A stretch of DNA of 64,000 nucleotides. It comes from Sedimentisphaerales bacterium. Its GTDB lineage: Bacteria; Planctomycetota; Phycisphaerae; Sedimentisphaerales; SM23-30. Positions 1 to 10,285 of this stretch are shown here, one piece after another. Where the stretch lies: the NCBI GenBank assembly GCA_963666285.1, contig OY762711.1. One strand, written 5' to 3'. Both the position numbers and the translations under genes were made by a program. The notes beneath the pieces were generated by a model. That model was not told the origin of the DNA. It saw nothing but the letters and a program-made list of their open reading frames with translations, and made no database searches. The stretch's first letter is position 1; every line of letters starts with the position of its first letter.

Positions 1-113
1 AAAAAGCCTATACCGGTTTCAAGCTCATATCTGCCGCTGCCGTCAAGGTTCAGCTCCAGCCATATCTGCGTTTCTGTTGTATTTCGTTCAATTGTAACAG
101 TTCTTGATGACAT
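1..113 (-). CDS. hisB: Imidazoleglycerol-phosphate dehydratase, N-terminal part (runs off window)
   Basis: Manual translation from ATG at 113: [37 protein letters not shown], the typical IGPD N-terminus (R-x-T-x-ET-x-I...LDGSG...TGIGF). Confidence 0.9.
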   Translation of the reverse strand, partial: MSSRTVTIERNTTETQIWLELNLDGSGRYELETGIGF

Positions 114-140
114 AATAAATACTAACCCAAGTATCGAATA

Positions 141-1490
141 TTACTCTATAACTTCATATTCTTCATTAATTTTGATCAAAGTATACATCATACCTGCATC
201 AACATCTTTTTTCTTACCGGTACGCTGCTCCGGGAATAGCTGGTTTCCATCCAGGATCATCAGGTATTCAACATCAAGCAAATCCTTTAGTACCTGGCCT
301 TTTTCAATATCAAAAACAGCTTCAGAAATAACCTTTGGCTCCTGCAAATCGCTGTTTTGTTTAAGTATCATTTTGAATGGATCACCGGCAGCCGGAGGTT
401 CAGGCATACCTTCCGGTACTGTATAAAGAGGCTCGATAGAAGTCTTAACGTTCAGGATATTATCTCCTTCAGTGAAATTGTCAGGGACATATATCATTCT
501 CATTGCTTTTGCATTCAACATAGCATCTGGAATTTCCTGGTAAGCATCCCAACCGCTTGGCAGCACTTGGCCACCTTCACAAGCTTTGATAAAAGGACGC
601 TCTATGATATTCCTGACACTTTCTTCGCCGATAAGATAACTTACACGACTATTGTCATCAACAGTAACATGAAGTTCTTCCAGCAATTTATCATGATCCA
701 GAAGTTCATGAATAGTACCGTCTTTTCCAACTTTAACAGTTACTGATTTACCGGCAACACCAGGTTCACCTTTCCAGGTAGAAGTGGTTTTTTCCGGGGT
801 ACTAATATAACTGTTTTCCTTGGTCTTCTTTTGAACATTACTTGCAAGTGTCAGTTTAACTTCATCAAAAGTAAGTTTTATTGTTGCGGTTCCCTGGCCG
901 TCAACATCCTGGACTTCACGCGAAATTATGTATTCCAACTCTGTTGTCCTGCGACCGGTCTCTGACGGTTCCTTACCCTGCATTTCGACCCAAACACGAT
1001 TTAAAGTATTCTTACTATACCGGATTTTATCTTTTTCACCGGCGGTATATTTTGTGCAGATGATAGCTACAGGATCCTCTATAATGACTTCAGGCTCAGA
1101 AACTGTTCCTTCTTCGGCCTGAGCAGACAACTTAGTCATACGGTCAAGGGCAGCTTTACGAACGATCTTATCGTCATGCTCAATAGCAATATTTTTCAGT
1201 TCTGCAATGTCAGTTATGTTCTGAATCCTTTCGACCTCAGTCGAAAATTTAGATATCTGATCCAGAGCCGCCTGTCGAACCTCACTATCTGCGTGGTCAA
1301 GAGCTATATTTTCAAGCATAGCAATATCTGTCATACCCTGGACATCTTCTACTGTCACCTGGGCTATTTCGACAGCCGCAGAATCTGTTTCAGATACAGT
1401 TGCATCGGGTGTATCTTGAGGCTGGCTACAGCCAGAAATAAACATAAATGCTGTGAAAGCAATAACTAACAAAAAAACCACTTTTTTCAT
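141..1490 (-). CDS. Hypothetical lipoprotein with two tandem HEAT-like repeats and a beta-rich C-terminal domain
   Basis: 449-aa ORF; signal peptide with lipobox ISGC; repeat DIAxLxNIAxxHxDxxVRxAALD; C-terminal part resembles the neighbouring gene. Confidence 0.75.
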   Translation of the reverse strand: MKKVVFLLVIAFTAFMFISGCSQPQDTPDATVSETDSAAVEIAQVTVEDVQGMTDIAMLENIALDHADSEVRQAALDQISKFSTEVERIQNITDIAELKNIAIEHDDKIVRKAALDRMTKLSAQAEEGTVSEPEVIIEDPVAIICTKYTAGEKDKIRYSKNTLNRVWVEMQGKEPSETGRRTTELEYIISREVQDVDGQGTATIKLTFDEVKLTLASNVQKKTKENSYISTPEKTTSTWKGEPGVAGKSVTVKVGKDGTIHELLDHDKLLEELHVTVDDNSRVSYLIGEESVRNIIERPFIKACEGGQVLPSGWDAYQEIPDAMLNAKAMRMIYVPDNFTEGDNILNVKTSIEPLYTVPEGMPEPPAAGDPFKMILKQNSDLQEPKVISEAVFDIEKGQVLKDLLDVEYLMILDGNQLFPEQRTGKKKDVDAGMMYTLIKINEEYEVIE

Positions 1491-1644
1491 TACAAACTCC
1501 TGTTTCAGTGACTCTTCTCTTAAAACAAAAAATTGATACTAGTTTAAATTATCCAGATTAACATCCGGACAACATTAATATATGCTAATTGATTATAATT
1601 TACAACAAATAATTACTCGTAAACCGCTCTTGCTGCACGGGTTG

Positions 1645-2643
1645 TCAGTTACCCGGCAATTGATCGATTTTTTTATCTACCATATAAAACATGCGAACTT
1701 TGCGCTTCTGGTTCTTTCCAGAAGATTTTTTCAACCTGTCCGGCAATACTTCAACGACAGTCCTGTCAAACTGCTTTACAAAATCCCCTTCTTTGGTATA
1801 AGCTATACAGCCCTGACCAAAAACAGAAACCGCAGAATGAGTGCTTGTCTTGTACTTATCATCAATATCAGTTGGAGGCTCCTGATCATTATCCAGCTGG
1901 CCCGGTAGTCCCTCGCACTTTATGTCGTAATATACCTTTTGGGCCTCCTGCGGCCAATCGGCAGTGTCTTTTTCAAGTTCTCCGGCTTCCCTGACAAATC
2001 TCTGACCCTCAAAAGTAGGAATACTAGGAACAGTAACCATATTGCTCCCTATCAATGAGCCAACCGAAAGATTCTTGCTTTCAACTCCGTTATAAAAGCC
2101 GGGAGATACATATTCCTTGAGCCTGTCTTCCTGCAAAACCATAATCGCCTGGTTTTCCGCATTCAGTTTATCGTTTGCCTGGCCTTTCATATACTTTTTA
2201 ATTTCAGGGTCTATGTCTTTCAACTCTATAACACGACCATTTTTATCAACTACTGCTGAGTAACTTTTGCCTGCAAGCTTTTCAAAAGCCTGGACAAACT
2301 TATCCTGCATTTCCTTACGTTTGCTTTCCTTTGTATTTACCTTGGTATCTGTACTACTGTATTCGAAAACATAACCAAGGGTAGAGAGTTTTGCATCCAG
2401 TTTATCAATAGTGGCTACAACAGTAGCATTACCATTACTGTCAACATCGGTTACATCAAATGAAATTTCCATCGTCGTGGTTTTATCATCTGCATTATTA
2501 AAAATTGACATACTCAACTTACTGCTGATCTCTACTTTTCGAGAAAAGCTGTCACCTTTTTTGAGGGTAAGTTTGTCACAGCCAGACAAAGCCAGACACA
2601 TTATGAAAACCATAACAATTTTCAACCAAAAACTATTTTTCAT
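1645..2643 (-). CDS. Hypothetical lipoprotein, probable distant paralog of 141..1490
   Basis: Likely start ATG 2643 (MKNSFW) after a GGAG RBS; lipobox LSGC; shares DVDxxGxATxxxTxD and AGKSxxxxVxKxGxxxEL segments with the adjacent lipoprotein. Confidence 0.7.
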   Translation of the reverse strand: MKNSFWLKIVMVFIMCLALSGCDKLTLKKGDSFSRKVEISSKLSMSIFNNADDKTTTMEISFDVTDVDSNGNATVVATIDKLDAKLSTLGYVFEYSSTDTKVNTKESKRKEMQDKFVQAFEKLAGKSYSAVVDKNGRVIELKDIDPEIKKYMKGQANDKLNAENQAIMVLQEDRLKEYVSPGFYNGVESKNLSVGSLIGSNMVTVPSIPTFEGQRFVREAGELEKDTADWPQEAQKVYYDIKCEGLPGQLDNDQEPPTDIDDKYKTSTHSAVSVFGQGCIAYTKEGDFVKQFDRTVVEVLPDRLKKSSGKNQKRKVRMFYMVDKKIDQLPGN

Positions 2644-2793
2644 ATTCAGCTCCATAAATAAAACGGAAAATCTTAATATCTGTCGGAATATATTTACTAC
2701 AGGAAATAAGACACCGAAGTTCGTACCCAAATATTAATTAATGAAATAATACATCTCTACTTTCATAACAGCTGATAACAGCTGAGCTTGCCA

Positions 2794-4857
2794 CTAAATA
2801 AACTCTAACAGTCGACAGCCGCGACTTGCCAGAACTTTTTTCACCGCAGCCTCTTTTCTCCTGGCATTACCGGTCATAAAATCAACGATAGCAATATCTT
2901 TGAATTTACTTAGCAGTAAAGTTATGGGACCATCTTCTGCTCTGGCCTCAAAACCTTTGATACCGCCGGCAAATAATTCCGGTTTATATACCAGAATCCA
3001 GTCAAAATAACTGCCAGATAATATGTCGGCATTTCTGGAACTATTGTTTATTTCATTATTTATATCAGGCTTAGATTTTTTGACGCCACAAGGGATAAAT
3101 CTCAGATTCTCCAGATTAGTAGAAGAAGAATACATATAGAAGTCCTTGCTATTTTCCAGGCAATACCAGAAACCTGACTCCTGCGAGGCATATTCCTGGT
3201 TCTGGTTAAATATGGATTCTGTAGATTCACTGTTAAAGTCTGTAAAGATCTTTTCCAGCATGCCGTCCTCCGAAGCAGACGCCAGCAACACATTTTGCCC
3301 TTTCAAGGAAAGCGATATTGCCAGGTTTACGACATATCTGGGTGAGGCCTTTGACTTGTCCAGCGATGATATGAGAACTCCGGTTTCTTTCCTATGAGGC
3401 TTCTTCAGCAACTGATGAACCAGCCTGTCATAACTTTCTACCCACCAGGGTTCAAAATCATGCAAATTCCCGGCTGGTGTCGGCTTTGGCTTTTCAATTT
3501 TATACGTCTCGGCATTATCGGACACTCCGACAGAAGTATCAGCCCGCTCATGTTCGAGAGGCACGTTAGTATCCGCCAGTTTCATCGAATCAGAAAAACT
3601 TTCATTTGCTATTACATTAGGACAGCTGATATCCACTCTGCACAATGACTCTATCTTGCAATAGATTGTCATACCTATAAACCAGCCTAATATTATCGAA
3701 AGCGAGATCGTCAGTATCTGGAGAAAACTGTAGGTCTTATATGTCTTGATCTCTCGTGCCGGCTTTTCGAAACTGAATTTACTAAAGTAAGCAGATGCTT
3801 CCTCCAGATTCCCTTGCTCGGCAATTTCATCTGTGCTGCCAGAAATATTCAGCGGCTGACTAACAAATCCCTGGACAAAAGTGATATCATCTTTCAGCTG
3901 ATCGATAGATTTTTTCATCAGTTGCATTTTATAGCGAACTGACTCGCATTTTTCTTTCTCGTCGATTAGTTCCCGGCTCGGATTATTAACCGCTAACACA
4001 ACCTCAGAAAAATTACTATCTTCTGACAGCTTCTTTTCAAATTCATTTATGTCTGCAATGATTTTCTGCCTTTTAGCGAAAACCCTGTTTTTATCTACAT
4101 CTATAGAATCAAGGTCAGAAGAAGAATTACAACGGGCAGCACGAAAATCCAGCTCCTTCTGTTCCTGGTCCAACTGTTTAAGCTGTGTCCTTAGATTATC
4201 AATACCTTTACTCAGTTCATTATTACTGTCGCCTTGATTTCTATTTGTTTCTGCATTATTGTCCTTATCCGGAGTGGTCATCAAATCAAGAATTTTCTGT
4301 TCATGCTGATCAAACTGAACCTTGAGCATATTATACTCATGTTCCATCTCTTTCAGTTTCTCGGTATTCTTCTTTATCCACAATTTTATCTTATAATCGC
4401 TGCCGCCTACCTCCAAAAGATTTTCAGCAGGGTCAACTTCCGATAGGTGACAACAGTTGATAAAATTACTAAACTTCTCTGTATAGTCAAGATTGTTATC
4501 TTCATTGCTGCCATTCTGTTTTATATCCGGAAATACAGCATACACCACAAGAGTATTGGTCGTAATATCGTAATCAGCTTTTAATCGGGGAGCTATATTT
4601 TCACGAAACCTGGAATATGCAATATTCTTAAACTTAATAAATTTTAATTCCAGGAAATTCCTTTTCTGCCAGCTTAGCACAAAATCGTCATCAACAGTAT
4701 ATACAAACTCCTGGCTGTACACCCTGTCAGAAGGTAGATAGTTATCAGCGGCAAACCAGACAGCTGTACCGGTTATAGCCGAAAAGACAATTCCCAATAA
4801 TACCCTGGCTAATAGTCCAGGTCTGAAAAGCACATTGTCATTATCTCTGCCTGCCAT
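2794..4857 (-). CDS. Membrane protein with two TM helices, long coiled coil and degenerate P-loop-like C-terminus (Wzc/GumC-like architecture)
   Basis: 687-aa ORF; TM-coiled coil-TM layout; C-terminal 'VLISS...VVNLAISLSLKGQNVLL' resembles CpsD/Wzc kinase domains but lacks the Walker A GK[ST]. Confidence 0.5.
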   Translation of the reverse strand: MAGRDNDNVLFRPGLLARVLLGIVFSAITGTAVWFAADNYLPSDRVYSQEFVYTVDDDFVLSWQKRNFLELKFIKFKNIAYSRFRENIAPRLKADYDITTNTLVVYAVFPDIKQNGSNEDNNLDYTEKFSNFINCCHLSEVDPAENLLEVGGSDYKIKLWIKKNTEKLKEMEHEYNMLKVQFDQHEQKILDLMTTPDKDNNAETNRNQGDSNNELSKGIDNLRTQLKQLDQEQKELDFRAARCNSSSDLDSIDVDKNRVFAKRQKIIADINEFEKKLSEDSNFSEVVLAVNNPSRELIDEKEKCESVRYKMQLMKKSIDQLKDDITFVQGFVSQPLNISGSTDEIAEQGNLEEASAYFSKFSFEKPAREIKTYKTYSFLQILTISLSIILGWFIGMTIYCKIESLCRVDISCPNVIANESFSDSMKLADTNVPLEHERADTSVGVSDNAETYKIEKPKPTPAGNLHDFEPWWVESYDRLVHQLLKKPHRKETGVLISSLDKSKASPRYVVNLAISLSLKGQNVLLASASEDGMLEKIFTDFNSESTESIFNQNQEYASQESGFWYCLENSKDFYMYSSSTNLENLRFIPCGVKKSKPDINNEINNSSRNADILSGSYFDWILVYKPELFAGGIKGFEARAEDGPITLLLSKFKDIAIVDFMTGNARRKEAAVKKVLASRGCRLLEFI

Positions 4858-5204
4858 AGTTTGTAAATTATTCTCTCTTATATACCTCTAGTGCCACGAA
4901 TGTCTCTTTCGCAAACAAGCTCAATATATACATTATACATAAATATCACGGAAGAGACGACAAAATGCCTGCTAGAAAAATATATAATACCATATCGGGG
5001 GCACAAAGTCCATATTCCGTCCAATAATCATGGAAACCTGCTATCTGAACCGCTTAATAGCCTTGCGGTAACTATCTAAAACAAAACCACTTACGATTTA
5101 CAACGCTTATATTCGCCAATCAAATATTAAATACGGTTCCGATTATGCCGATTATGTTACTAAATAATACGATTGTAACAACTAACTTTTAGAAGGAGTA
5201 TTAT

Positions 5205-5390
5205 ATGTCTATCAACTTTGACCCGGAATACATCAGGAAGCTAATTATGGAAGCCAACCAGCTGCTTACAGATGACAACATTGACAAAGAATCTCGTTCT
5301 GCACTGCAAAAATGTCTGTTTTCGATCCAGGCCAACGAAAAGACATTCTCCGTCTGCGGCCCTGGCGATGATGAAATCGATAAAGAATAA
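5205..5390 (+). CDS. Small hypothetical protein (61 aa)
   Basis: Strong RBS AGAAGGAG upstream and an intrinsic terminator downstream. Confidence 0.6.
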   Translation: MSINFDPEYIRKLIMEANQLLTDDNIDKESRSALQKCLFSIQANEKTFSVCGPGDDEIDKE

Positions 5391-5430
5391 CACTCCACCA
5401 GTTACCTGTTGATATAATAAAAAATAACAA

Positions 5431-5467
5431 GGCCCCATAACTAAATAATATGGGGTTTCTTCTTTTT
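5431..5467 (+). terminator. Rho-independent terminator
   Basis: CCCCATA...TATGGGG stem followed by a T-rich tract. Confidence 0.6.
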
Positions 5468-5589
5468 AAACCATGCTTGAAAATATATAACCATTGTAAT
5501 CATTATCTTTGCTGTATATTAACATCGTTTTTTTGTGCTGTAGCTCAAATTCACTAGCACATGCAGTTTTTATTTATTATATTTCCTGC

Positions 5590-6483
5590 ATGAATACATT
5601 TAAAACAAAAATTATCACTACACTTGCTGCGATAGCATTAACATCAGCTACTTGTTTAAGTTCTCTAATCGAAAATGTTAATTCAACCGGATTTGCTGTT
5701 TATTCAGGCCAAAAACTCTCTACCGGCACCAATGTATCAGTAGATGGAAACACCGGATCAGGTGGCAGCACATGGCTGGCTAATAATACCAATATTGACG
5801 GCAGTGTTTATTCCGGTACCGGATTTTCAACAGGAAGCAATGTTAACATAACAGGATCTGTAACATACGGAAACAGTTTCTGGATGGGCAATAACAGCAG
5901 TGTTGGCGGTGACACACTTCAAGGCAGTTATAATATTGATTCAATCGATATCCCTTCAATTTCGTCCGGCAATGAAAGCTTGTGGTACAAAAAAGATTCG
6001 ACCATAGACCTGGACCCCGGCAGCTACGGCTCGCTTAGTATTTCCAAAGGCAGTAAAGTTTATCTTTCAAGCGGCACATATGACTTCAAAAGTGTATGGT
6101 TTGATAAAGATATAGAAATTGTCCTGAATACCAGCGAGGGTGATATCATTATTAACTCTGCTGGATCCTTCTCAACCGGACAAAATGTTACAATATCAGG
6201 AGATAGCATAAATTCAACTTACATTGTTTCCGGCAGCAGACTGTCACTCGGCAACAATAACAATATAGCCGCGTCACTAATCAGCAGTGCTGGTATTTCT
6301 ATCGATAACGGTTCGATAATTGATGGAATTGTTTATGCCAACCAGGAAGTCTGGCTTTCGAACAATGTCTCTGTTACCGGCTTCACTAATTTATCAAGAG
6401 TTCCTGTACCGGAACCGGCAACCGCACTATTACTGCTTTCTGCATTTCCTTTTGTCCTGAAAAAGACAAGAAATAATAAATAA
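5590..6483 (+). CDS. PEP-CTERM sorting domain protein, Gly/Ser/Asn-rich predicted beta-solenoid
   Basis: Start likely ATG 5590 (signal peptide MNTFKTKIITTLAAIAL); C-terminus VPEPATALLLLSAFPFVLKKTR is a canonical PEP-CTERM. Confidence 0.85.
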   Translation: MNTFKTKIITTLAAIALTSATCLSSLIENVNSTGFAVYSGQKLSTGTNVSVDGNTGSGGSTWLANNTNIDGSVYSGTGFSTGSNVNITGSVTYGNSFWMGNNSSVGGDTLQGSYNIDSIDIPSISSGNESLWYKKDSTIDLDPGSYGSLSISKGSKVYLSSGTYDFKSVWFDKDIEIVLNTSEGDIIINSAGSFSTGQNVTISGDSINSTYIVSGSRLSLGNNNNIAASLISSAGISIDNGSIIDGIVYANQEVWLSNNVSVTGFTNLSRVPVPEPATALLLLSAFPFVLKKTRNNK

Positions 6484-6514
6484 CCAATCTGTCTAAAATA
6501 GCTGACATGACCTC

Positions 6515-6550
6515 AGGGGCAGGATTATACGATCCTGCCCTCTTTCGTTT
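6515..6550 (+). terminator. Rho-independent terminator of the PEP-CTERM gene
   Basis: GGGCAGGAT-tatacg-ATCCTGCCC then a T-rich tail. Confidence 0.65.
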
Positions 6551-6614
6551 ATAGGGTACTTCTAGAAATTGCTTTTGTTGCGAAATAAAGGATCGATTAA
6601 AGAAACAAATGCGC

Positions 6615-6653
6615 AAAAAAAATGGCCGCCGTAAACTTTCGTTTTCGACGACC
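6615..6653 (-). terminator. Rho-independent terminator of the response regulator gene
   Basis: Minus strand GGTCGTCG...CGGCGGCC followed by A and T8. Confidence 0.65.
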
Positions 6654-6715
6654 CTGGAACTAATGGATCTCATATATCGCCTAGTGCCTCCTGGCAATAT
6701 AGAGCCGGGTGTTTT

Positions 6716-7312
6716 TTAATGAATAATAGATAGTGTTTCTTCTATACAATCGACCATGTCTTGCAGGTCGAATGGTCTGCAGAGATATGAATCAAATCCC
6801 TGCTGCATAAGGGCTCTTCCTTCCGCTTCAGTAAGAGTTGATGTGACAGCTACAATCCTGGTACCCTGCAACTCAGGGTTAGATCTGATAATATTGCACA
6901 CTTTACTTACATTTATATCATCCAGCATAAGGTCTATAAACAAAATATGCGGCCTGAACTGCTCGGCTATTATACCTGCATCGAAACCACATTCTGCGAC
7001 CTGTACATCAAAACGGTCTTCTTTATTTAACTCAGTAGCAATTACTTCACGCATTTCTTCTTTTGAGTCAACCAGCATAACTCGTGTTGTACCGGCATCC
7101 AGACCATTAAGCGGCATTCCATGTGCCTTCATAAATCTAATCAACTGGTCAAGAGGAATACGCCTGTCTTTGCTGCCCGGAATACGGTAGCCTTTCAGCT
7201 GGCCGGAATCGAACCATTTTGATACTGTTCTTGGGGCAACATTACAAATTTTGGCAACCTGACCGGTTGTTAATACATCTTTTTTATTGTCAACTGTATT
7301 TGGCTGTTTCAC
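6716..7312 (-). CDS. Response regulator with N-terminal excisionase-type (HTH_17) DNA-binding domain
   Basis: LTTGQVAKICNVAPRTVSKWFDSGQLKGYRIPGSKDRRIP followed by a receiver domain (ILFIDLML); the conserved KP is RP here. Confidence 0.85.
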   Translation of the reverse strand: MKQPNTVDNKKDVLTTGQVAKICNVAPRTVSKWFDSGQLKGYRIPGSKDRRIPLDQLIRFMKAHGMPLNGLDAGTTRVMLVDSKEEMREVIATELNKEDRFDVQVAECGFDAGIIAEQFRPHILFIDLMLDDINVSKVCNIIRSNPELQGTRIVAVTSTLTEAEGRALMQQGFDSYLCRPFDLQDMVDCIEETLSIIH

Positions 7313-7610
7313 TTTAACACCCTGTTCTAATTATCAAGGGGAGAAAGTCTTCTCCGTTCCACTAGCAAGCTCTCTCCGCGAACCACTATTCTATTGTTTA
7401 TTACCTCAGCTCCTCTTGCACCTTTTTCTTCGACAAATAGTACTCGTCAATTAACCGGCACTTCTGTTTTTATTAAAAAATTATGAAAATCCGTACTTTT
7501 TAGGTCTGAAAATTGAAAAAAGCTTATATTTGTTATTAGTTATAGGACCTTAACTGCTGTTTTTACCCTGTTTGCCGGATATTATTCATGCAATAATTTA
7601 GATATTTTTT

Positions 7611-7650
7611 AAAAAATAAAAACCTGTTTGCTATGAAACAAACAGGTTTA
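7611..7650 (-). terminator. Terminator downstream of purB
   Basis: AAACCTGTTTG...CAAACAGGTTT inverted repeat with a flanking A-tract on +. Confidence 0.65.
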
Positions 7651-7688
7651 ATGCTTATTACTGTAATTCTGGCATGCCCAAAATGGAC

Positions 7689-9128
7689 TTAAACTTTAAG
7701 CTCCATTTCAGCTGCCTTTGCATATTTGCGGTATGTCTTACGGAAAGGAACGATAATATCACGGATAAATGAATCTACCTGCTCCGGACTTCTGCCAATA
7801 TATCTTTCCGGTTTGAGCACATCATTAAGATTAACTTTATCAAACAAATTGTCATTTTTCAGGCGTTCGATAAGGTCATTCTTTCGGCCAAACATTTTTA
7901 CCTGTTCAGCTGCATCCATACTATGCTGCCTGATAGCTTCATGCAGCTCCTGGCGATTGCCTCCGGCCGCTACTGCTGCCATCAGGATATCCTCTGTCGC
8001 CATGAAAGGCAGTTCGGCATCAACCGCAGCGGCTACCACCTTTGGATAGACCACCATACCGTCAATAACGTTTGCCAGGATACCCAATATTGAATCTACC
8101 GCCAGAAATGCCTCTGGTATTGAAAGACGCTTATTGGCCGAGTCATCCAGGGTACGCTCAAACCACTGCTCAGCCGCTGTCATAGCCGGAGAGCTGGCAA
8201 GAGAAATGACATACCTGGAAAGCGAAGTAATTCGCTCACAACGCATAGGATTGCGTTTATATGCCATCGCAGAAGAGCCAATCTGTTTCTTTTCAAACGG
8301 TTCTTCGATCTGCTTGAGATTGGCCAGCAATCTCACATCATTGGCAAATTTATGAGCCGACTGGGCAATACTGGAAAGAGTTGACAAAATATTTGCATCT
8401 ATCTTACGGTTATATGTCTGGCCCGAAACCGGTGAGATACTGCTGAAGCCCATTTTTTTAGCTACCATTTTTTCCAAGCGAACAACCTTACTGTGGTTAC
8501 CGTCAAATAGTTTCAGAAAAGAAGCCTGGGTGCCTGTTGTACCTTTACAAGACCGGAAAACTATTGTCTCCAGGCGGTGCTGAACCTCTTCCATATCTGT
8601 AACAAAATCATAACACCAGAGGGTAGCACGCTTGCCAACCGTTGTTAGTTGGGCCGGCTGAAAATGGGTATAACCCAGGGTTGCCATCTTTTTATACTTC
8701 TTGGCAAATACCGCCATAAGGTCAACTACCTTGAATAACCTGGCACGAACAAGCTCCAGAGCTGTTTTCATCTGGATCAAGTCTGTATTGTCGCCAACAA
8801 AAGCACTGGTTGCCCCCAGGTGAATAATTGGAGCTGCCTTGGGTGCACAATCACCAAAAGTATGAACATGAGCCATTACATCATGACGAAATTTCTTTTC
8901 ATATGCAGCTGCTTTTTTATAATCAATATTTTTCAGATTATCATTCATTTCCTTGAGCTGGGCCTTGGTTATCGGCAGCCCAAGTTCAGATTGACTTTCA
9001 GCCAAAGCCAGCCAGAGCCTGCGCCATGTGCCAAACTTAAAATTAGGCGAGAAAATCTCAGACATCTCGGCAGAACAATAACGGCTTAATAGCGGGTTTT
9101 CATATTGATTGAAATCCTGTTTACTCAT
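7689..9128 (-). CDS. purB: Adenylosuccinate lyase
   Basis: Fumarate-lyase signature GSSAMAYKRNPMRCE; RHDVMAH and THFQPAQLTT motifs. Confidence 0.97.
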   Translation of the reverse strand: MSKQDFNQYENPLLSRYCSAEMSEIFSPNFKFGTWRRLWLALAESQSELGLPITKAQLKEMNDNLKNIDYKKAAAYEKKFRHDVMAHVHTFGDCAPKAAPIIHLGATSAFVGDNTDLIQMKTALELVRARLFKVVDLMAVFAKKYKKMATLGYTHFQPAQLTTVGKRATLWCYDFVTDMEEVQHRLETIVFRSCKGTTGTQASFLKLFDGNHSKVVRLEKMVAKKMGFSSISPVSGQTYNRKIDANILSTLSSIAQSAHKFANDVRLLANLKQIEEPFEKKQIGSSAMAYKRNPMRCERITSLSRYVISLASSPAMTAAEQWFERTLDDSANKRLSIPEAFLAVDSILGILANVIDGMVVYPKVVAAAVDAELPFMATEDILMAAVAAGGNRQELHEAIRQHSMDAAEQVKMFGRKNDLIERLKNDNLFDKVNLNDVLKPERYIGRSPEQVDSFIRDIIVPFRKTYRKYAKAAEMELKV

Positions 9129-9167
9129 AATAAAACCTCAAAACTGTTTAGTTTCAAATTATCAATT

Positions 9168-9334
9168 AAATCAAAGTGACCGGTTTTACACTTTGCTTTA
9201 TTGTAACAGATTATAGTGCAATCTGTTACATTACTAAATTATATTTGGTTGCCGCCTGCCCTGAGTTCATCGATGGGCTGAGGCATTCCTTGCCTAATAC
9301 CTACTCTCAAACTGACCATAGGCCAGGTTGAGTA
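9168..9334. mobile_element. Copy A of the ~142-bp inverted-repeat (MITE-like) element, with a small nested palindromic insert at 9255-9277
   Basis: Aligns along its length with 33609-33721+35378-35406 and with 32827-33167 (TCAAAGTGACCG..TTTTACA...TGTAACA...TGTTACATTA...TGCCGC...CCTAATACC..CTCAAACTG...TTGAGTA). Confidence 0.75.
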
Positions 9335-9335
9335 A

Positions 9336-10136
9336 TTAAAATAATTTTAAGATATAAGGCATTGTAAAATAAATTATATCATAGCAGGCATGTGCTCCGA
9401 CAACTATACCATAGCCCCGGTAATGAAAAACAAGTGCAAAATAGATACCGGCTGCCATTCTAAAGAGAAAATCACCGGCATGTATCTCTTCCAGCCGGAT
9501 AAATCCGCCTGACATATCAATTCCATAATAATGATGAGCTGCGAACAAAAAGGCGGATATCATTGTTGCCAACAAAACCGAAACGGTTGTATCAAATCTT
9601 AATATATCATCCAAAAGCAGTAAAAGCAGGCCAAGTATTATTAGCCGAAAAACTAGCTCTTCGTAAATACCTGCCCCGACCCCGGTTACTAACTTTGCAT
9701 AATAACTGCTGCCTGTATCAATCTCTGAAAATGATGTACCATTCATTATAAAACAAATAACAAACAAGGGTACGGTTAGTATAAACGATTCAAATCCCAT
9801 CCAAAACAGCCATGATAACCTTACTTTCCAGGGAAAATTACTGAAGATATGCATGCACAACATGGTAATTACTACCATCGCACCGGGAAAGGCCCATACT
9901 AACTTTCCGCCGACACCAAGTACCCTGGCAATACCGATTATCCAGGTAAATGATGTTATTCGTTCTGGTGCATTTGCAATCTGCTCGGCATCTACTATTA
10001 TTGTGCCGATCTCATACAATGCAATCAACGGCAGCAAAAAGCATAGCGAATATAGCGGCCTTCTGACAACAAAGAAATAGTTATTTTTGATAACAACTTC
10101 ATCTGTCAAATCACTTTTTTTTCGACGTGGTGACAT
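9336..10136 (-). CDS. CPBP family intramembrane glutamic endopeptidase (CAAX/Abi)
   Basis: EELVFR, FAAHH and HACYD motifs in a multi-TM protein. Confidence 0.9.
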   Translation of the reverse strand: MSPRRKKSDLTDEVVIKNNYFFVVRRPLYSLCFLLPLIALYEIGTIIVDAEQIANAPERITSFTWIIGIARVLGVGGKLVWAFPGAMVVITMLCMHIFSNFPWKVRLSWLFWMGFESFILTVPLFVICFIMNGTSFSEIDTGSSYYAKLVTGVGAGIYEELVFRLIILGLLLLLLDDILRFDTTVSVLLATMISAFLFAAHHYYGIDMSGGFIRLEEIHAGDFLFRMAAGIYFALVFHYRGYGIVVGAHACYDIIYFTMPYILKLF

Positions 10137-10212
10137 ATAAAAGTAATAATATACAAAATACTGTCAAAAAAGCAACTTACAAAGGTTGCAACAGTTAACC
10201 GTTAACATCTGT

Positions 10213-10258
10213 AAAAAAGAAAACCGGCTCTCTGCATATATGCCAGACAGCCGGTTTA
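10213..10258 (-). terminator. Terminator of the ribosomal protein cluster
   Basis: AAACCGGCT...AGCCGGTTT stem with a U-tract on the minus strand, just after rplQ. Confidence 0.75.
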
Positions 10259-10285
10259 AATTCCAATATAAAACCAAATATTTTA

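Noticed and set aside
1600..1647. UGA read-through of the 1645..2643 lipoprotein
   Set aside because: Only a short extension with no nearby Cys and no convincing hairpin
9168..9200. Minus-strand AAAACCGGTCACTTTG resembling part of a c-di-GMP-II riboswitch upstream of purB and other genes
   Set aside because: The downstream pseudoknot partner (GUGCAACC-like) is absent, and the motif is better explained as the terminal inverted repeat of the repeated element
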